Below are positions 60,790 to 64,000 of a stretch of DNA of 64,000 nucleotides, piece after piece. Every line of letters starts with the position of its first letter. Position 1 is the stretch's first letter. The stretch covers positions 211,263 to 275,262 of the forward strand of contig JAAOMT010000384.1 in NCBI GenBank assembly GCA_016748015.1, written 5' to 3'. A program made the translations under genes and the position numbers. The stretch comes from Geosiphon pyriformis uo1 (Eukaryota; Fungi; Glomeromycota). Under the pieces are notes generated by a model. It saw only the letters and a list, made by a program, of their open reading frames with translations, did not search any database and was not told the origin of the DNA.

Positions 60790-63700
60790 TTATCACATAT
60801 ATTAGCCACTGATGTCATATGATTAACCACACTATTTTTAGAAAGTAATTATTGATCTGATCAATGACCTGAATATTGATCTGATTATTGACCTGATTAT
60901 TGACCTAATTATTGACCTAATTATTAACCTAGTTGTTGATTTGATTATTGACCACTTTTGATAGCTATATAAGTAATAAATCTCTTAGCTGTAGAAAAGC
61001 ATGTAATAACAAACATCTGAATAATCAAGAATAAATAAAATAACAACTTTCATCTCAATCCTTCTCTTATTGCTAATTTTCCTTTCCCTACTTTCATGTA
61101 TCTGAACATCTTAAAGATAAAAGATTACTTGTTGGCCTTTTCCTGATGTATATAATTGTAGCATTTGAAGATTATTTGAATAAATGTAACTGAAAAGCAC
61201 AAGTTGATACCTGATATTAAATTTTAAGAGTGCTGATGTAAGGCATAGAATTATACCAATGGTGATCAATTTTTGACAGTACTGACTATCCCTCTACCTT
61301 CAGATTCCCCAGTTACCTTTGAAAAGAATAGTGACTGAGATATTTTATAAGACTGATCTCGCACATTAAATCCATACTCATTTAATTTGCTCTTTAAAGT
61401 TGAATTCCCCTTTGATTATTTTCATCACCCTACAATCCTGTTCTCTCTTGTTATTTGTTAGCTTGTTACTCCAACCCATAACATAAAAGTGGTGCTCCCT
61501 GTGAGGTTGTCAAAATCCACTTTGTTTTCTATTGTATGAGTGATTATTTATACCTACCACAACAATTAGAAGAACACTTTAAAGCACACAACAAAAACGA
61601 TCTAGACTTTATTGAACTCAATCTTTTGCCCTCCTGCTTGATTTGTTTCCCTATTGAAGAACAATCCAGCAGACAATTCCAAGACTTTTGGAACTGGTTC
61701 CTGAACAAGCATTTAGCTGAAACCTACACAGCTTATACAACCTATTACTTTGACCAAGCTTATTTTGAAGACGACTTTGAAGAAAGAAACAACAGTATTA
61801 ATCAGCTCTTATATTCTACAACCTTTGAACAACAGCCCCCTAATCTCGAATATCTGAATCATCAAATCCACATTTGGATTGCTGACCATCAATCAACAGT
61901 AACTCTTCTTAAAACAGAAGAAGAAAGCTACCAAACAGTCTCTATTTTTGATCTTTTTTTAAGTGAATCAGAACACTTCACACAAACAGTAACTCCTAAA
62001 CCAATGGCCCAAGATCCAATGCAAGCAAACATCCTGGCTGCCCTCCAAGGCATACAAACTGCTTTGGGACAAAGAAATAACACCCCACTACCATTATTCA
62101 GAAACAATATACAAGATCTAATTGAATGATTGAATGACTTTGAAAAAACTGCTACAGCTAACCAATACGATAATGAGTACAAGTTTCAAATTGTTGGTGG
62201 CTACCTCCAAGGCTCTCCTGCTACCTGGTTCTCACAGGAAACTGATGCTAATGCCCATCAAAGAATCATTAGATGGATGCCAGCAAATGCCAGAGAAAAC
62301 AACACCTTTTTCATAACACAGTTTGAAAACAAGTTCAAAACTCCAATCTTGATATCCAAGTGACACATAGAATTGGAAAGAAGAACTCAAAGTTCAGGAG
62401 AAGTAGTAACTGAATATGCCAAAGCAATCAGAAAGTTAATCAAACAAGTGGACTCTGGAAGAAACTGGACAGAAGAACAAAAAATTCATTCCTTTACAAA
62501 AGGATTGAAAACCGACTTATCCTATGCTCTTTGGCATCTCTTGGCTCTAAAAGATAATCCTACAATGGACATGGCCATTGAACTTGCCCAACGAATTGAA
62601 GACAACCAAAGAATGCACTTGGGATCCACACTTTCAGTTTTTGCTCCTGCTCCTGTTATGGCTTCTGCTCCACAAATGGCTGCTACTTCTTTTGCTGCCC
62701 AAACTCAAGACCCAAATGAACAGTTGATAGATAGACTCACAGCAAATCTTGCTCAGCTATTAGAATCATTAGCCTAAGCAGTCAGAGATAACCAGCAACC
62801 CCAAAGATCCAGATTTGAGCCATGTTTCAATCAGTCTCAACAACCACCTTATCAAAGACAACAAAATCGTGGCCCACCTGTGTGCTATTACTGTGGATTA
62901 ACTGGACATTTTTCAAGAGATTGCAACAATCTTCTCTTATTCCCTTCAGCTCTCAGAAACAATGATAATCAAAACAACAGAACTATTAACAACAATACCC
63001 CTAATCAAAGACCTAATTATGCCAATATCAATTTCTTTGAAGAGGATCCCCTAGTTGAAGCCACTGTTTATCAGCCTTTAAACTGGTAGGTGCACCTCCA
63101 AAGGGTAAGAATGCAAGCCAACCAGAAGAAAACCCTTTTTATGCTTTTAACTTAACTAATGATGACCATAACATGGATAAACTAGCAATTAACACCACAG
63201 AATCAACAAGGAAGAAAAAGAAAGCCAAGGTTGATTTTATTTTGAATCCAAACAAACTATCCACATTAACTGCTGATAATAATGAGCCACCAAAGGCTAA
63301 AGTTTTTAAGAATTCTCCAAAGCTAGAACCCCCAGAAATAGTACAAAAATCTGACCTTATTCTGTTGTTAAAGATCTTATGGAAACCCCAGCACATATTA
63401 TCTTTGGCCAGCTAATGACCCATCTACAGTTTAGAAAAGATCTTCACAAATCTCTGATTCCCAAAAAGAAATATTACAAACAATCTGATTGGTTGCCTGT
63501 TGTAGTAATACTGACTCAAATAATCAACAAAAATCAAGTATAAATAAATGCACTATTCTCAAAACAGAGGTATCTTCAAATCAACATGAACAATTATTTT
63601 CTGAATCAAAACATTCAAAATGTCTTCTATACTCTCCATGAGTATTGGATTAAAAACTATCCAAATGCTACTTTGACTATTGGAAAACAGACCACAATAA

Positions 63701-64000
63701 CTGATAGCAATGGAACACATACTGTTATTAGACCAAAAAAAACAACTACCAGAAGAGAATGAATTGGTAACAAAATAGATAAATATCTGCTAGAGAGTAT
63801 AACAGCAACAATACTTGTACCCCCCACCACACTTGGAAAAACAATTAAAGAAATCTTACCCATAAACAAAAACTTGTCATATGGAAAACAATTAGAGCTC
63901 TATGGTCGCCTTGGTAAAATCATAGATGACATGAAGCTCATGAAGAAAACAACTTTAGAGATACAGGCAAAAATTTTGGGCATTATACAATTAGATGTTC
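60759..64000 (+). mobile_element. gag: Gypsy family B copy B5, tandem with B4 via shared LTR; pol deleted; runs off right edge
   Basis: PBS 61490 directly after B4 3' LTR, gag ATG 61536, jump at ~63470 from pre-protease region to integrase tail, ORF3 from 63586. Confidence 0.92.
60851..60954 (+). repeat. 12-bp tandem array (ATTGACCTGATY) x8.7 in LTR U3
   Basis: Directly countable units from 60851. Confidence 0.9.

Larger units (their letters stand above)
53786..61483 (+). mobile_element. Gypsy family B copy B4, full length (~7.7 kb): LTR-gag-PR-RT-RH-INT-ORF3-PPT-LTR, decayed
   Basis: LTRs 53786-54426 and 60759-61483; gag ATG 54479; LILDSGS; IYLDD; HTDTSG; ERFNRTL; WKGPF. Confidence 0.95.

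Noticed and set aside
1-64000. Alternative genetic code (TGA=Trp) to explain frequent in-frame TGA
   Set aside because: The same positions read TGG, TGA, TAG or TAA in different copies, and frameshifts are also present; this is decay

Overview
This 64-kb window is AT-rich, almost CpG-free and made entirely of nested, decayed retrotransposons. I see no host gene, RNA gene or CRISPR array. The element proteins and composition suggest a Glomeromycotina fungus, Geosiphon-like (inference from recall, not a search). Five families resolve. Ty3/Gypsy A (1-6448, -) and C (45999-53785, +) have the order gag-PR-CxxC-rich domain-dUTPase-RT-RNaseH(-INT). Ty3/Gypsy B has several copies, with a U-UUA-AAC -1 frameshift signal and an extra ORF after integrase. 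A ~7.4-kb poly(A) LINE has ORF1 (RRM+CCHC) and ORF2 (APE-RT-RNaseH-C-terminal zinc knuckle). The most interesting family is a ~2.4-kb TSD-flanked, poly(A)-tailed element that encodes only an ORF1-like RNA-binding protein (no EN/RT). It shares with the LINE a ~140-nt structured 3' tail and even the last codons (TSM-stop), so it looks like a fungal 'half-LINE' parasite or partner of the LINE. Junction reading also shows an ~11-level nested stack, an inversion between two inverted LINE copies that splits a 17-bp TSD, a shared-LTR tandem, and LTR repeat arrays. All domain calls are by-eye motif recognition; internal boundaries are approximate.
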